Positions 37,551-58,639 of a DNA stretch of 64,000 nucleotides are shown piece after piece. The notes under the pieces are model-generated. The model saw nothing but the letters and a program-made list of their open reading frames with translations. It made no database searches and was not told the origin of the DNA. The DNA is from the human T2T-CHM13v2.0 reference genome, Homo sapiens. The DNA is taken from assembly GCF_009914755.1 (NCBI RefSeq), contig NC_060943.1, one strand, 5' to 3'. Position 1 is the stretch's first letter. Each line of letters starts with the position of its first letter. The position numbers and the translations under genes are program-made.

Positions 37551-38785
37551 GTAGTGTTTTTTTGTTTGTTTGTTTGTTTGTTTGTTTGTTTTTGTCCTGT
37601 CCTTGTCTGGTTTTGGTATCAGGATAATGCTGACCTTGTAGAATGAGTTTGAAAGTGTTCCATCCTCTTCAATTTTTTAAAGCATTTTGAGTAGAATTGG
37701 TTTTAGTTCTTATTAAATGTTTGGTAGAATTCAGCAGTGAAGTCATTCGGTCCTGGGTTTTCCTTTTGTTACAGTTTCATGTTGGTTTGTTGGGTTTTTC
37801 TGCCTTTTCATGCTTCCATCTTGGTAGGTTGTATGTGTCCAGAAAGTTATTCATTTATTGTAGTTTTATTCCATTGTGGTCAGAACAAATGCTTGATGTG
37901 ATATAAACTTTTTTGAATTTATTCTGACTGGTTTTGGGACTTAAGATGTGGTCTGTTCTGAAGAATGTTCTATGTGCTGATGAAAATAATGTGAATTCTG
38001 TAACAGTTAGATAGTTAGTGAAATGTCCCGTAAATGCCAGTTAGGCCTATTTGATCTAGTGTGTAGTTTAACTTTGAAGTTTCCTTGTTGATTTTCTGTC
38101 TGAAAGATCTGGCCATTGCTGAGAGCAGGGTGTTAAAGTCCCCTAATTAATATTGTATTCAGTCTATCTCTCCTTTTAGATCCACTATTGTTTGCTTTAA
38201 ATACTTGGGAGACTTGGGAGCTCAAGTGTTGGATGCATAGATATTTATAATTGGCATCTCCTCTTGCTGAACTGAGCGCTTTATCATTACATAGTGACTT
38301 TCTTTGTCTCTTTTTATAGTCTTTGATTTGTAGTTTATCTTATATCAGTATAGCTACTCCTGCTCTCTTTTGGTTTCCACTTGCATGAAATATCTTTTTC
38401 CACCCCCTTCACTTTCAGTCTATTTGTATCTTTTTACATGAAGTGGTTTCTTGTAGGCAGCATATAGGCAGCATTCAGCCACTCTATGCCTTTTAATTGG
38501 AGAATAGAGTCCATTTATATTCAGTGTTCAATATTTTTAAGTAAGAACTTACTACTGCCACTTTGTTGCCTGTTTTCTGGTTGTTTTGTAACTCCCCTCT
38601 TCCTTTCTTCATTTTTTACTGTCTTCCTTGTGGTTGATTGTCTCTGGTAGTATGTTTTAAGTCATTGTTTTTTATTTTCAGTGGATCTATCATAGATTTT
38701 TTGCGTTGCAGTTACCATAAGACTTCCAAAAACATAGATATAACAAAGTATCTTCAAGAGAAGAAAAGGTAACAACTTATCTTAG

Positions 38786-39170
<385 letters not shown>

Positions 39171-41883
39171 GTATTATTGTTTTTGATAGATTTATATTTT
39201 GAGACTCATGCTAGAGTTATGATTGGATTACTTTCCACAATTACTATTTGAGTATTCTGGGTTTGTCTACGTACTTAATTTCACCAGTGGATTTTATACC
39301 TTCAAATGTTGTTATTGTTGTTGTGGTTATTTTGCATGTTAGTGTTTTTTTTTTACTTTCACATTGAAGTATTTAGTATTTACCCTTTAGTATTTACAGG
39401 AAGACTAGTCTGATGGTGTGAATTATCTCAGCTTTTGTTTGTCTAGGAAACTTTCTCTCTCCTTTATATTGAAGGATAACTTCACTGGATAAAGTATTCT
39501 CAAATGTCAATATTTTTTCAGCATTTTGAAAATGTCATGTCACTCCCTCCTGGTCTGTATGATTTCCACTGAAAATCTCTTGCCACAGAATTGGAGCTTC
39601 TTTATGCCATTTGCTTCTTTTCTCTTTCTGTTTTAAAATCTTCTCTTTGCCCTTGACTTTTGAGAATTCGATTATTTTATGCCTTGGGGGAGTCTTATTT
39701 GGGTTGATTCTTTCCTCTGATCCATTCTGCTGTTGAGAGACTCTAATAAATTTTCCTGTTCAGCAAATATATTTCTCAATTCCAAGATTCCTGTTTGTTT
39801 TCTTTAAATTATTTCAATCCCTTCGTTAAATTTCTCTGATAAATTTCTGAACTGCTTTTCCATGTTTTCTTGAAGATCATTGAGTTTCCTTAAAACTGCA
39901 GTTTTGAATTCTTGATTAGAGAGCTCACACATCACCATCTCATCAGGATCAGTCACTTGTTCCTCACTTTGTCCATGTGGGGAGATCATGGTTACCTGCT
40001 TACTGTTTCTTGTGGATGTAAGTCCAGGTCTTTACATTGAAGGATTCATTATTTATTTTAGTCTTTGTCTGGCTTGTTTTGATTTTTATTGGATAGATTT
40101 TCTTAGAGTTCTTTACTGCTAGGTCACTACCTCCTTTTCATCTCTAAGTTACCTTTAGGGTTTACCTTGGCCCTAGTAAATGATCAGAGTGTGCCCTTCC
40201 TAACTGAGGGAGGTCCCAAAGGGGATATCCTGGCAGTGTGGGAAAGCTGGCTAGATGTCCATGCCCAGGATACCTGTGAAACAAACCTACTACAACATGG
40301 AGCTGCTGAAACACCAGTCTGATTTCATGTCTCCCTTGGCTGAGTTACACAGCAGAGTTTCCAGGGAAGGAGATGGTAGTCCTGCCTCCCCACTCTTTGA
40401 CTGTCCTCAGGGAAATTTCTCCCTTCGGGCACTCACAATGCTTCTTGTGGGTTAAGGCAGGGACAGGGAACCCAAGATTGTGCAGAAACTGGTTGCCCGC
40501 ATTGATCTTACATTTCCCAGTGTAGAAACCATGAGTTGGGGTAAAATTTTCCACACACCTGGTACCAGGCAGAATGGGGCAGGGAGGGACATTACAGATG
40601 GGGAAATCTGATTCTTTTGTCATCTGTCTGGAGTTTTTTTCACTTCTCTGTGGCTCTGAAAACTGTTTCATTTTCATATTTGAGTTCTGGAATATATCTG
40701 GTAATAATTTTGGTGCTGTATATTTGTTTTTGGTTTTCTGTGTGAAGGAGTAAAGCCAGCTTGCTTCTATGCCACCATTTTGGAACTGGAACTGAGATAT
40801 ACAATTTTGATGTCTACTTTGTGTCTCTGTGAGGCAACAGATTCCCAGGGGTTTTTTTGTTTGTTTGTTTGTTTTTTCCAGATTTGACAACTGTCAAAAT
40901 TGGGCTATGAAATGGAGAAGCAGTATGGATAATCACCCCATTACTTACTAGGTTTCATGTAATAAGTTTTAATCCTTAAAGGCCCCATTTCAACTCACAT
41001 TGGGCCATATTCACTATCTTAACTGAGGTTTCATGGGATCCCATTTTGTCAAGCCAATGTCTAAGTACCAAAAACACTTCTATTTTATTTATTGTCTCAG
41101 AGCACCTATGTCCAATAGAGAATGTTTTACAGCAATGGGTATATGACTCCGGGAAATTTAGGCAAAGTTACAGGTAAATTGAGACATACCTGTTTTTTTC
41201 AATTTTATATTTAGTTTTCTTCTCAAGATAATAGGGACAGAGTGTTTAAATTTATGGGATTCCCACGTGTGGCTACAATTTGAGCCCCAGTATTGATTAA
41301 ATCCATGAATATTTGTCAATTAGTGTATTTAGCAAATGTAAAGTTAAATTAGATCCTATGTTGTAGAGACACAAAAGCAAATTGGTGCCCTTTTAAAAAT
41401 CTTTTTTTACATAAATTCCTTAATATATAAGTTAATAAATGAATTTTGAATTTCCAATAGAATCAAAGTATGAAATTTTACTTTGATTTAGTTACATATT
41501 ATACATACATAATTTAACTATTTATTATATATTTATATTAAAATATTGTATGTGTATATATTTAATTACCTTTTATTTTTTCCTCCTATATCTAGGGGTT
41601 TGTTGTAAATGAATAAGTAACCTAGGGCTAGCATTATGTTTGCTAGACCTGTGGTTTGCTCAGTACTTAAAGTTTAAAGTTTCTCTTTTATTTTTCTTGG
41701 ATTTGTAGTCAATCAAAGTGGTAGTTTCTTTTCTTGGGGGGTGAGGTTAGCCACCTAAAGCTGAGATTCTTGTTTTCTGTCTCTAGAATGATAAGAGGAA
41801 AAGATGGAGGAGGAAAGGTGGTCAGTGACTCTAGGGAGTAGCCTCTCTCTGGGATGACTCCACAACGACGAAACAAGCCCGTC

Positions 41884-42193
<310 letters not shown>

Positions 42194-43260
42194 TAAGCAA
42201 AATCTTTAAAATGGCTTGTATTTCTAGACGGTTAATGTCTTTTTCTTTTTCTTCTTTCTGTCTTTGGATGTTTACTTGACAAGTTCCTGATGGTACCCAA
42301 AGCCCCCTGTTGTTTTAATCTTACAACTTGTTAGCAGAATAAAATTGAGGGTGGCCTCCATGTGCACCAGCCTCCTAGGCAGCTGTTTCTCTTTCCAAGG
42401 TGACCCAATCAACCCCTGAGGTGTTGATTGTGCAACCACAGCAAGAAATGCAGAAACAAGGGAGCCACTAGCCCGGGATTGCCCCATCACATGAAGCCAC
42501 GGCTGTGTCTGCAGGGATTATCCATGGCCCAGGGCCTAAAATTCGCATCCACCTTAGTGACTACAGACACTGCCGGTCTAACCAGGGGCAGCCTCCTGAC
42601 AAGATTTTACTAAATGGCACTCTGCTATATCCATCAGGAGAACCACAGCTTCTCCACACGTTGTCACCCATTTGCTTTGCTAACAGAAATGGTATCTTGC
42701 CCTGGTCTCCATAGCTCACCTTGGCTCAACCTTGGGACAGTGAAAGAAAAAGTCAATACATGGCACCTCCATGGGGAAAATAAATGGGAAATGTCACTCC
42801 TCACTCTAAGGAGGAGTGGAGTTCACCCTCTGTGGATGCCTTCCCTATTAGGATTCCAGAAACACACCTAGCCCTTGCCCTAGATGGAGAATCCCCCTTC
42901 TCATGGGGTAGACCACCTTGGGAGCACATTACAGGTTCCTACTCGGTAACAATTTGGGGAGAACAACATGGCAGCACTCTACAGCAGCAACACAGCAGCA
43001 CACAGTGGAGCAACTGAATTGCACTGAACAGAACGGCCTCACCAGTGAGGCAGCCACACCGGCGAGGATGTTAAAAGCCTCAGCAGCTCCGAGATATCTT
43101 GTGCTAAACAGAAGAGGTAGTCTATTGTGCCGACTACACCAATTTCTTAAATTTGCGATCTTTAAGATGCAGAGCTCTTGCCAATGATTGCGAGAGACAT
43201 AAGATGAAAATAAAGATTTATTACTTACAGGTCCTGGGGGATACAGGCCCTGTCTGGAGG

Positions 43261-43308
43261 ACACACACACACACACACACACATACACCCACACCCACAC
43301 ACACACAC
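43261..43308. repeat. Imperfect (CA)n
   Basis: Read directly from the sequence. Confidence 0.9.
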
Positions 43309-44654
43309 AGAGGTCAGGGGCAGTATGGGGAGGACAGAGGGGGAACCCATGGGTCAAGGCCTTTATTAGGGTACAGAATATTATTCAAACAGATTGTCCT
43401 CAGGGAGTTTTAATTGGTGGATTTAATGCAAGCAGACATGAGATCCAGGTAATTAGAGGTGGTCACTGCAGCAGGCAGGGTGTGGGGTCAGTGGGGCAGT
43501 CATACGGGCTGTATCCGGAAGTCCCATAGGGAGGAGGTCACCAGGAGGCAGTTGTATAAATCAGATATCTGATCAATCACACTGAGGAACTGGAAGGAGG
43601 TGGAGAACTGGAAACTATTTCAAAGGTGACTGAGCCCTGCTTCTGGTATGAGAAAGTCCAACTTCCATCCAAAACGGATGCCAAGGCATTGTAAAATTGT
43701 AAGCATTCACAAATACTTTCGATGCATTCTTATTTAGCTGACTTCTAGTTTTTACAGCCCAAATATCATCATTTTTCATTCTTATTTGGCAACATTCTGT
43801 TAGGTGCAGCATGTATGGAGGGCACCTCCTTTATTAATACATGTGGATTTGCTCTAATTGTGGTTTTTTCATTGGTTCCATTGCATGGCTACACTATGAT
43901 CTTTTACCCACACCCCTGTTGCTGGATTTGAGGCTGCTCGTCACTTGTCACATTGACATGACCTTCTGCAGTGAACATCCTCATACACACATCTCTACCA
44001 TGTGGAGTACTGTTCCTGGAGCTCATTCCTTCAACATGTATTTATGAAGTACCCTGTGCTGGGCTATTGGCTGGTCTCTGGCTTTAGCAGAGACAGAACA
44101 GGCAAGCTTGGCCTTCTCAGAGCTCACAGCACAGGGAGGCCTTCAGAAGTAGGATAGTGGTCAGAGCGTGTGCGCGTTAAACATGGTGAGGTCAATGTTG
44201 CTGTAGGGACTAAACTGCAGTCCCATCAGAAGTATATGGGAATGTCCATCTCCATGTCCTCACCTTTCTTGGCATAATTATTTGAGTACTGCATGTGTTC
44301 CTGTGTCCTATTCTTTGCCCACACATCATCCATATTTACCCTCTTAACCGTCCATCCTCCACCTTGTCCCTAAGTGCTGTTGTTAATAGCCCTGTGGTAG
44401 ACCAGATGCCAGGAGCCCTGAGATATCCTAAGCAGCTCCCTCTGCCAGTCCTTCCAAGAGTTCTGGTTCCACAGGTGACACACCTGAACACAGGTAACCC
44501 CTGCAAAATCTGTGATTACCACGCAAGGCTGACAGTGAGTGGTGGGTGTTCTAGGAGGGGCCACCACCTCCATATGCAGGGTCAGAGAACACTGAGTGGA
44601 GCAGGAGGCTGATGACTTTGACCACAAGGTAGGTGGATGGGTATGTTTGGCTTT

Positions 44655-44760
44655 ATAGGGAAGGGAAGGGAAGACAAGGGAAGACGAAGGGATAGGGGTG
44701 GGGAGGGGAAGGGGAGGGGAAGGGGGAGGGGAAAAGGGAAGGGGAAGGGGAAGGGAAAGT
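44655..44760. repeat. Polypurine (GGGAA/GGGGA)n tract
   Basis: Read directly; expanded relative to the paralog at ~19920-19945. Confidence 0.85.
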
Positions 44761-45744
44761 TTGGGCATTGCAGGCAACATCACAAAGGTTGGAACCTGCC
44801 TCTGGGGTACAAGAACAGCAAGGAGGCCACCCAGGATGCAGCTGAGGACGGAAGACATGGGGAGCAGTGGATCTAGGGGAGAAGCAGACTGTGATTGACC
44901 TTGGGGGCTGGGCGGTGAACAGAGGTGTGTTATGTGTGTCTGTCCCAGTCACAGATATGAGGAGGAGTGGGGCCGCAAGTGGCACCTGGTTCGGTGGGAT
45001 TTCCTAATACCTGCTGTTCATCAGAGCCTCTCCATGTAGCATGTCAGTATAGATCTGAGGCTGTGTCTGGGAGGGGGAGCTGGTGGTCCAAGGCAGCCTG
45101 TGGTGCTTACTGTCCCTAGGGGTGGGAGGAGAGGGATGAGGACACCCCTGCGCAGTGAAGCCTCAGGTGTGTGGAGCCACAGGTATCTCACCTGGTGATT
45201 CTTGTCAGACACGTGCCTTGGGTGAGGATGTCAGGGTGAGAGTCACTGTCATTTTTCTTAAAATGTACATGGCATGGACCCAGGTATTCAGGGACCCAGA
45301 GAACAAGGCCCCTGGTGAGAGAGGGTTGCATGGAGCTGAGCAGTTTCATGTGCTCAGAGTGGGAGGGACTCCTGAAAAGACAAAGCCTCAATCCTACCTG
45401 TCAGGAGCCATGCCTATTTCCAGGAGAGATGACAAGGGTGACCCAGGACAGACATTGAGTGTGAGGACAGGACAGAGAGGACCCTGGTGGCTTCTCAGGT
45501 GTGGGAATGTGAGGTGGGGTTTGTTCCCATCCAAAGCACAGAAGCCCTCCATTGTACCCTGAGTGCTGTGTGTGACTAGCAGGGACACTGGATGGGTTGG
45601 ACCTGTGCCTCTTGAAGGCAGGGCTGGATCTGTAGGACCAGAGATGCCTCTGTGGGTAAGAGGTGATGGGAATGAGGAAGATGGGGGTGACTGTGAACCT
45701 ATTTTAGTTCCCTGGGGATGTGTGCTGAAGAGGAAGTGGCCTAG

Positions 45745-46095
<351 letters not shown>

Positions 46096-46242
46096 GCGGT
46101 GTGGATTCTTCAGTGTGTTCTGATAGCCATGTGTCACTACACACTTGTTCTTTATGTCTTCACATCTCATCCTGTTGCATTTTAAAGCATGTTCATAGTA
46201 TGCAGTTTTGCCTAATAAAGCATTCTCATATATACATACATA

Positions 46243-46251
46243 TAGATAGAT

Positions 46252-46307
<56 letters not shown>
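46243..46307. repeat. (GATA)n tetranucleotide STR
   Basis: ~15 units. Confidence 0.95.
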
Positions 46308-47192
46308 TTCAGACAGATCTTCAGGCCCCACTTGTCCCTGAGGAGGATTATTTGCCTATGGAAAGAACAAGCAGATGGCAAAGGCCTCTGACACCAAGCA
46401 CAAGGCTCAGCCTGGAGGAGCTCACAGAGGAGCCCAGGAGATCCTCTCAAGCATCTCCTCAAGGGCTCAGCTGGGGATGGAGGAGCAGGATGCTGAGCTC
46501 AGCGGATGCTCCAGGCTGAGTGATGGATGTGCTTCAAAGGTCAGGCACAGAGAATCAGACGTTAATCATGGAAGGTTCCCACCATGTTGTAGGCAGAGAC
46601 AGTGGCCTGAGTGTCAGGGGCAGGGAGACTCACCATGAGGCCAAAGCAGGCTGTGAGCCCCCCAAGAGACCACATCCTGGATGCAGCAAGCAGCCCTGCA
46701 GGGAGTGGCAGCAGATGTGCTAAAAACCATGATATCCAGACATGCAAAGGTTTCGCAATTTATGGATTAGAGAAGAATAGCATTATCCCTGTAATAGCTT
46801 CCTCTTTCTTACACTCTTTCTCATATAGAATAGAATGGGCAGCTTTTCCTGCAGTTCCCTCCTATCTGCATGCTCCCTGCTGCCACCTGGAAATTAGCCT
46901 CACTGAGTCACTGTCCGTGGTGCTGATGTCCATGAACTATTGAAGGGCCGGTGAGTTGTGATCTTTCAGTCACCTCTGCTTTCTGTTATTCTTAGCAACT
47001 AAGCATGTCACCAAGAAGAAGGTGGAGAGGTACTAGGGGCATGGAGAGCCCTCCGTCTCCCTCTCTCAGGATCTGGAGGGTGCTGGGGATGTTAATGCAG
47101 GAACTGACGCCACAGTCATGATGAACCCATCCAGGTGCCCATGTGTAGTTTGTAGTGAACGATGATGAGAAGATGGCCTTGAGAGGAGTGAT

Positions 47193-47622
47193 GGACAGAA
47201 CAAGGGCCTCTCAAAGATGTGTACATCCTCATCCCCAGATCTGTGGACATGTCACGTGGTAAAGGACACTTTACAGATTAAAGGAAGGATCATGAGATGG
47301 GGAGGTTGTTGTGGTTTATCCCAGGTGCGTCCAAAATAACCACAAGGCTCCTTCCTTTTAAGTGAGAGAGGGAGGTGGGAGGAGGTGGAGATGTGGGGAT
47401 GGAAGCAGGGCACAGAATAGTTTCAAGATGCTGTGCTGCTGGCTTTGAAGATGGAGAAAGAGGACACAGCCAAGGTTGCAGGAGGCCTCTAGGAGGTGGA
47501 AAAGGAGAGGAAATGCACTCTTCCCTGGAGCCTCTAGAAAGAACACAGCCATGTGGGCACTTTGGTTCAGGTTTCTATGTCACTAAGCTTGTGGTAATTT
47601 GTCACAGCCTCAACAGAAAACT
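47193..47622. mobile_element. MLT1-type MaLR LTR (paralogous copy)
   Basis: Reverse complement of 17741-18182. Confidence 0.7.
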
Positions 47623-48791
47623 AAAGAGGCCTCACCTTGTCTCATCTGACGCTGTGTGCAGGTGGGATCAGGGGTCATTTAGAGCTAAATCCTGATGCAA
47701 ATCCCGATATAAAACAACCCATTGCGGGTTGTTTTCTTACCTCTCATCTCAGGACGAACAACCTGTGGCAGTGGCAGAACACTCTTGGGAACTGTGGCTC
47801 TGTGCTTTAGTGCAGGCACCAGCTCACTTGTGGGAAGGTGGCACCTGGTTCAAGTGAACCTATATGAGATCATCACCCTTCCAGGGGCCCTCAGGGAAGG
47901 GCTGAGAACTGCTGTCCCAGGTGTGTGGAGGAGCTGCAGGCGAGATAGGGCTGTGGGCCAGGGAGAGGAGCAGACAGGTTGTCCCATCGCCATGGGAGCC
48001 TGCATGAGCTTTAGATGGGGGAGTCCTGCACCTCTGACCTGGATGCTCCTGTGTAAAGAGTTGGCTTGCTCAGTGAGATCCATGCCAGGGGGTAAAGTGG
48101 GAACTGATGAGCAATGAGGGGCCAGAGTCCTGGGTAGTGCTCAAGGACTGAATTATGCGTCTGTATTAATCTTGGTTGCTCTGACAGCCCCTCTCTGTGC
48201 CCCACCAGGGATAAAGATGTCCTGAGCAGTAGCCACTGGGACAGAGGAGAACCTAGTGGCCAGGTATAAGCACACAGGATCCTGGATTTGGGGACAGGTA
48301 AGTTCATTTGTGGAGGACAGTGATAGACTGGGCCTCCAGGGCCTGGGTGAAGAGGGCAGCAGGGGTCAGGACACTGGAGGCTGCGTAGGGGCCACAGCCG
48401 CAACCTATACCACCCATGGTTGCTCCCGCATTGCTCACCTTTTGTGGACATCAGATGGCCCCATCTTCTGTGCTCCTGAGACCCCACATGCATTCACAGA
48501 GGGACCCAGGCTGGGGCTGTGCATGGCCTTGGTCCCTGGGGTAGTGTGAGGACAGCTGAGCGCTCGGCTGGCTGGGCAGGGCTCATGTGAATCTTGCCCT
48601 TTCCTGTGTAGGGCCCACCCCAGCCTGACTCCCAACCCCTATTTCTGCCTCCCAGGGAAGAGAGACTGTGGTTGAGACAAGGTGGAGATATTTTCCCTGT
48701 GTGACCCGGGAGAGAATGGACACGGAGTTTCAGGTGAGTTTCTGCTAAGTTCCCGTGAGCAGAAAAAGAGCCAATGAGAGGAAGGGTCCTC

Positions 48792-48797
48792 TTTATT
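48792..48797 (-). terminator. Polyadenylation signal of CEACAM4
   Basis: TTTATT on + (AATAAA on -), ~290 nt after the stop. Confidence 0.8.
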
Positions 48798-49089
48798 CAG
48801 ATCCTTTCCTGGTGACCCCGGGTGGGCCACAGGCCCATTCACTTTCCTTGCAAGCCCCCGCTTCCTGTGGTGATGAGAGGCCTTTGTCCCGGCCCACCCA
48901 GAGCCCAGGGCAACCTGTCAGGGTCTCCAGATATTCAGCAGGGACTCCCATCCCTCCCTGTCCCCAGGCCTGTGTCTCCTCAGGACTCAGAGCTGGTTCT
49001 CTGGCTCAGGCTCCATGTCCTTCCCCGTCCCCAGGGCTGGGAGCTTCGGGGACGCTCCATCAACCCACAAGAGCAGCTCCCAGAGGAAC

Positions 49090-56707
<7,618 letters not shown>

Positions 56708-57200
56708 GGTCTCTGCTGCCTGCTTGTCCTCTGTGGAGAGGAGCTGGGCTCCAGGAACGCTCTTGTCAGAGCTGCTGTGACTGTCGGCTGTCGGGGCTGC
56801 TGACCTTCCTCCTTCTGTGCTGAGCCTCCTCCCGGGCAGAAGCACTTCCCAGGGCCAGGGGCAGAGGCGGGGCTCTTCCCAGGTCACCCCTCTGCCCCTC
56901 CCCTCTCATTTCTGCCTTTTTTGTCCCTCCTTCCCCTTTCTCTTCTGTGTACATTACAGTTTCCTAACCACACTTTGAGAAGCAGGGTTGGTGGAGTCCC
57001 CTGTCCCCAGAGAGGGTGACTTGTCACCCCTGCACTGACCCTTTGGGAATGTCACCACAAACAGAGGTACTCTGGGGTCTCCCAAACTTGGGGAACTGTT
57101 TCCTTTTGTGACACAGAGACCCAGCTGGGCCCCCAGGTCTCCTCATGCTCCCCAATACTCAGGGAGTGTGAGATGATACCCAGCAGGAAGGTGACAGAGG
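56708..57200 (-). promoter_or_regulatory. CEACAM4 proximal promoter/5' UTR
   Basis: On the - strand GCCCCGCC and GGGAAGTG, homologous to CEACAM21 5600-6026. Confidence 0.6.
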
Positions 57201-58639
57201 TGGCTCTGTGGGATAGAAAATGGGGGGCGACTACGGGGGGGACCAGTCCTCTCTCTCCAGTGTCACCAGCCTTGCCTCTGACCCAGGGACAGAGATCCAG
57301 GCCTGGGGGTCTCAGGAGGATCCCCAGCTCCTGGATGTGGAGGGAGGTGTCCTGCATGTCCTGGGAAGAGAGGACTGTGGTGGAGGGAGGTGGGTGGCTC
57401 TGGGTTCTGCTGTCCTTGAGGAGGGATTCAGGGAGATCCTCCCTCTCCGTTTCTGTTGGCTGAGCTGTGGCTTAGGGCCTGTGCATGTTCTCCCTTACCA
57501 TCCCGGGTGGCCTCTGTCCTCTGTGAAGGTGATTGTCCTGTTGTCACTGTACCTTCCCCATGCATGATACCAGGAGAAAGTGGAGAACTGAGCAGAGAAT
57601 CCTGGCAGAGCAGGATCCTCAGAGGCTCCAGGAAGGATCAGGAGAGACAGAGCAGGCACATGGGAGGGACTGGAAGGGCCTGCTGGAGCAAAGTATGGAA
57701 ACCAGGCTTCACCTCCACCTCCTTAGCAAAGCCAGATTCCTGTCCAGGGGAATCCATTTCCTGTGTTGTCTGCGTGCAATGTTGCCCCTGGAGAGCAAGA
57801 GGAACCCTGTGGTAAAAGTCAGGGGCTTCCCCAGGGATGCTGACCAGGGTCCACGTGGTATGAGTTGGCCCTGGCCCCTGGGCAGAGGTGGGCTCTGACC
57901 TCCAGACTGCAGGGTCAGGTCATCCTTGGTCCTGTTCACTGTGGGTCCCCAGGATGTCCAACTCCATGCAGTGCAGGATGAGCTCAGGGAGAGGACGAGA
58001 GTTGTCCAGAGCACTCCTGGTCCTGATTTGGGAGAACTGTCCTGCAGGCGGATGGGCTGCCTCAGAAAGAGCCATCCGTCCCCAAGGTTTCAAAAGAAGG
58101 GCCCAGGGAGGTGTCTCTGGGGGTTTAGAGAGAGGGCACTGGCCTGGGAGGTGGTCCTCGGTGTGTTCTGTGTTCCTCCATCACAACACTGGGAGTTCCG
58201 CCTCCAGGTCATCTGTGTCCCTGTCTGTCACCTGCCCCAGGCCTCTCCACAGGGCCCAGGAGCTGGGGCAGCTCCTACCTGCAGGCTGCAAGGGATACCT
58301 GGTTCCTGTATTAGAGCAGGGGAGGCCCCGTGACCCTCAGTCCCTCTGAGATGGAAACAAAGGCAGATCCTGGGTTATCCTGTCCCCTCCTGCAGGAGAA
58401 GTTCCCCTGGATCCCCTGGTGAAATGTCTGCAGGGACCATAGGCAGATGTCCCAAATACTGGGGATCTCGAGGCTGGGGAATCACTCCCTGACTTTCTTG
58501 TGGTCATTCTGCCCTGGTGGAAGATCCACCTGGGATCGAATATCCGGAGTTTGTGTCAGTTTTGGTGTGTTTGTGAGAAAGACATATGTTAGAGCCTGGA
58601 GGGAATGTCAGTGAATGATGTCAGGGAATGAATTGGGTT

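Noticed and set aside
40345-40890. 181-aa ORF and the many Alu-derived ORFs (e.g. 27971-28234, 51731-52168)
   Set aside because: They translate repeat sequence (L1 5' region, ERV junction, Alu).
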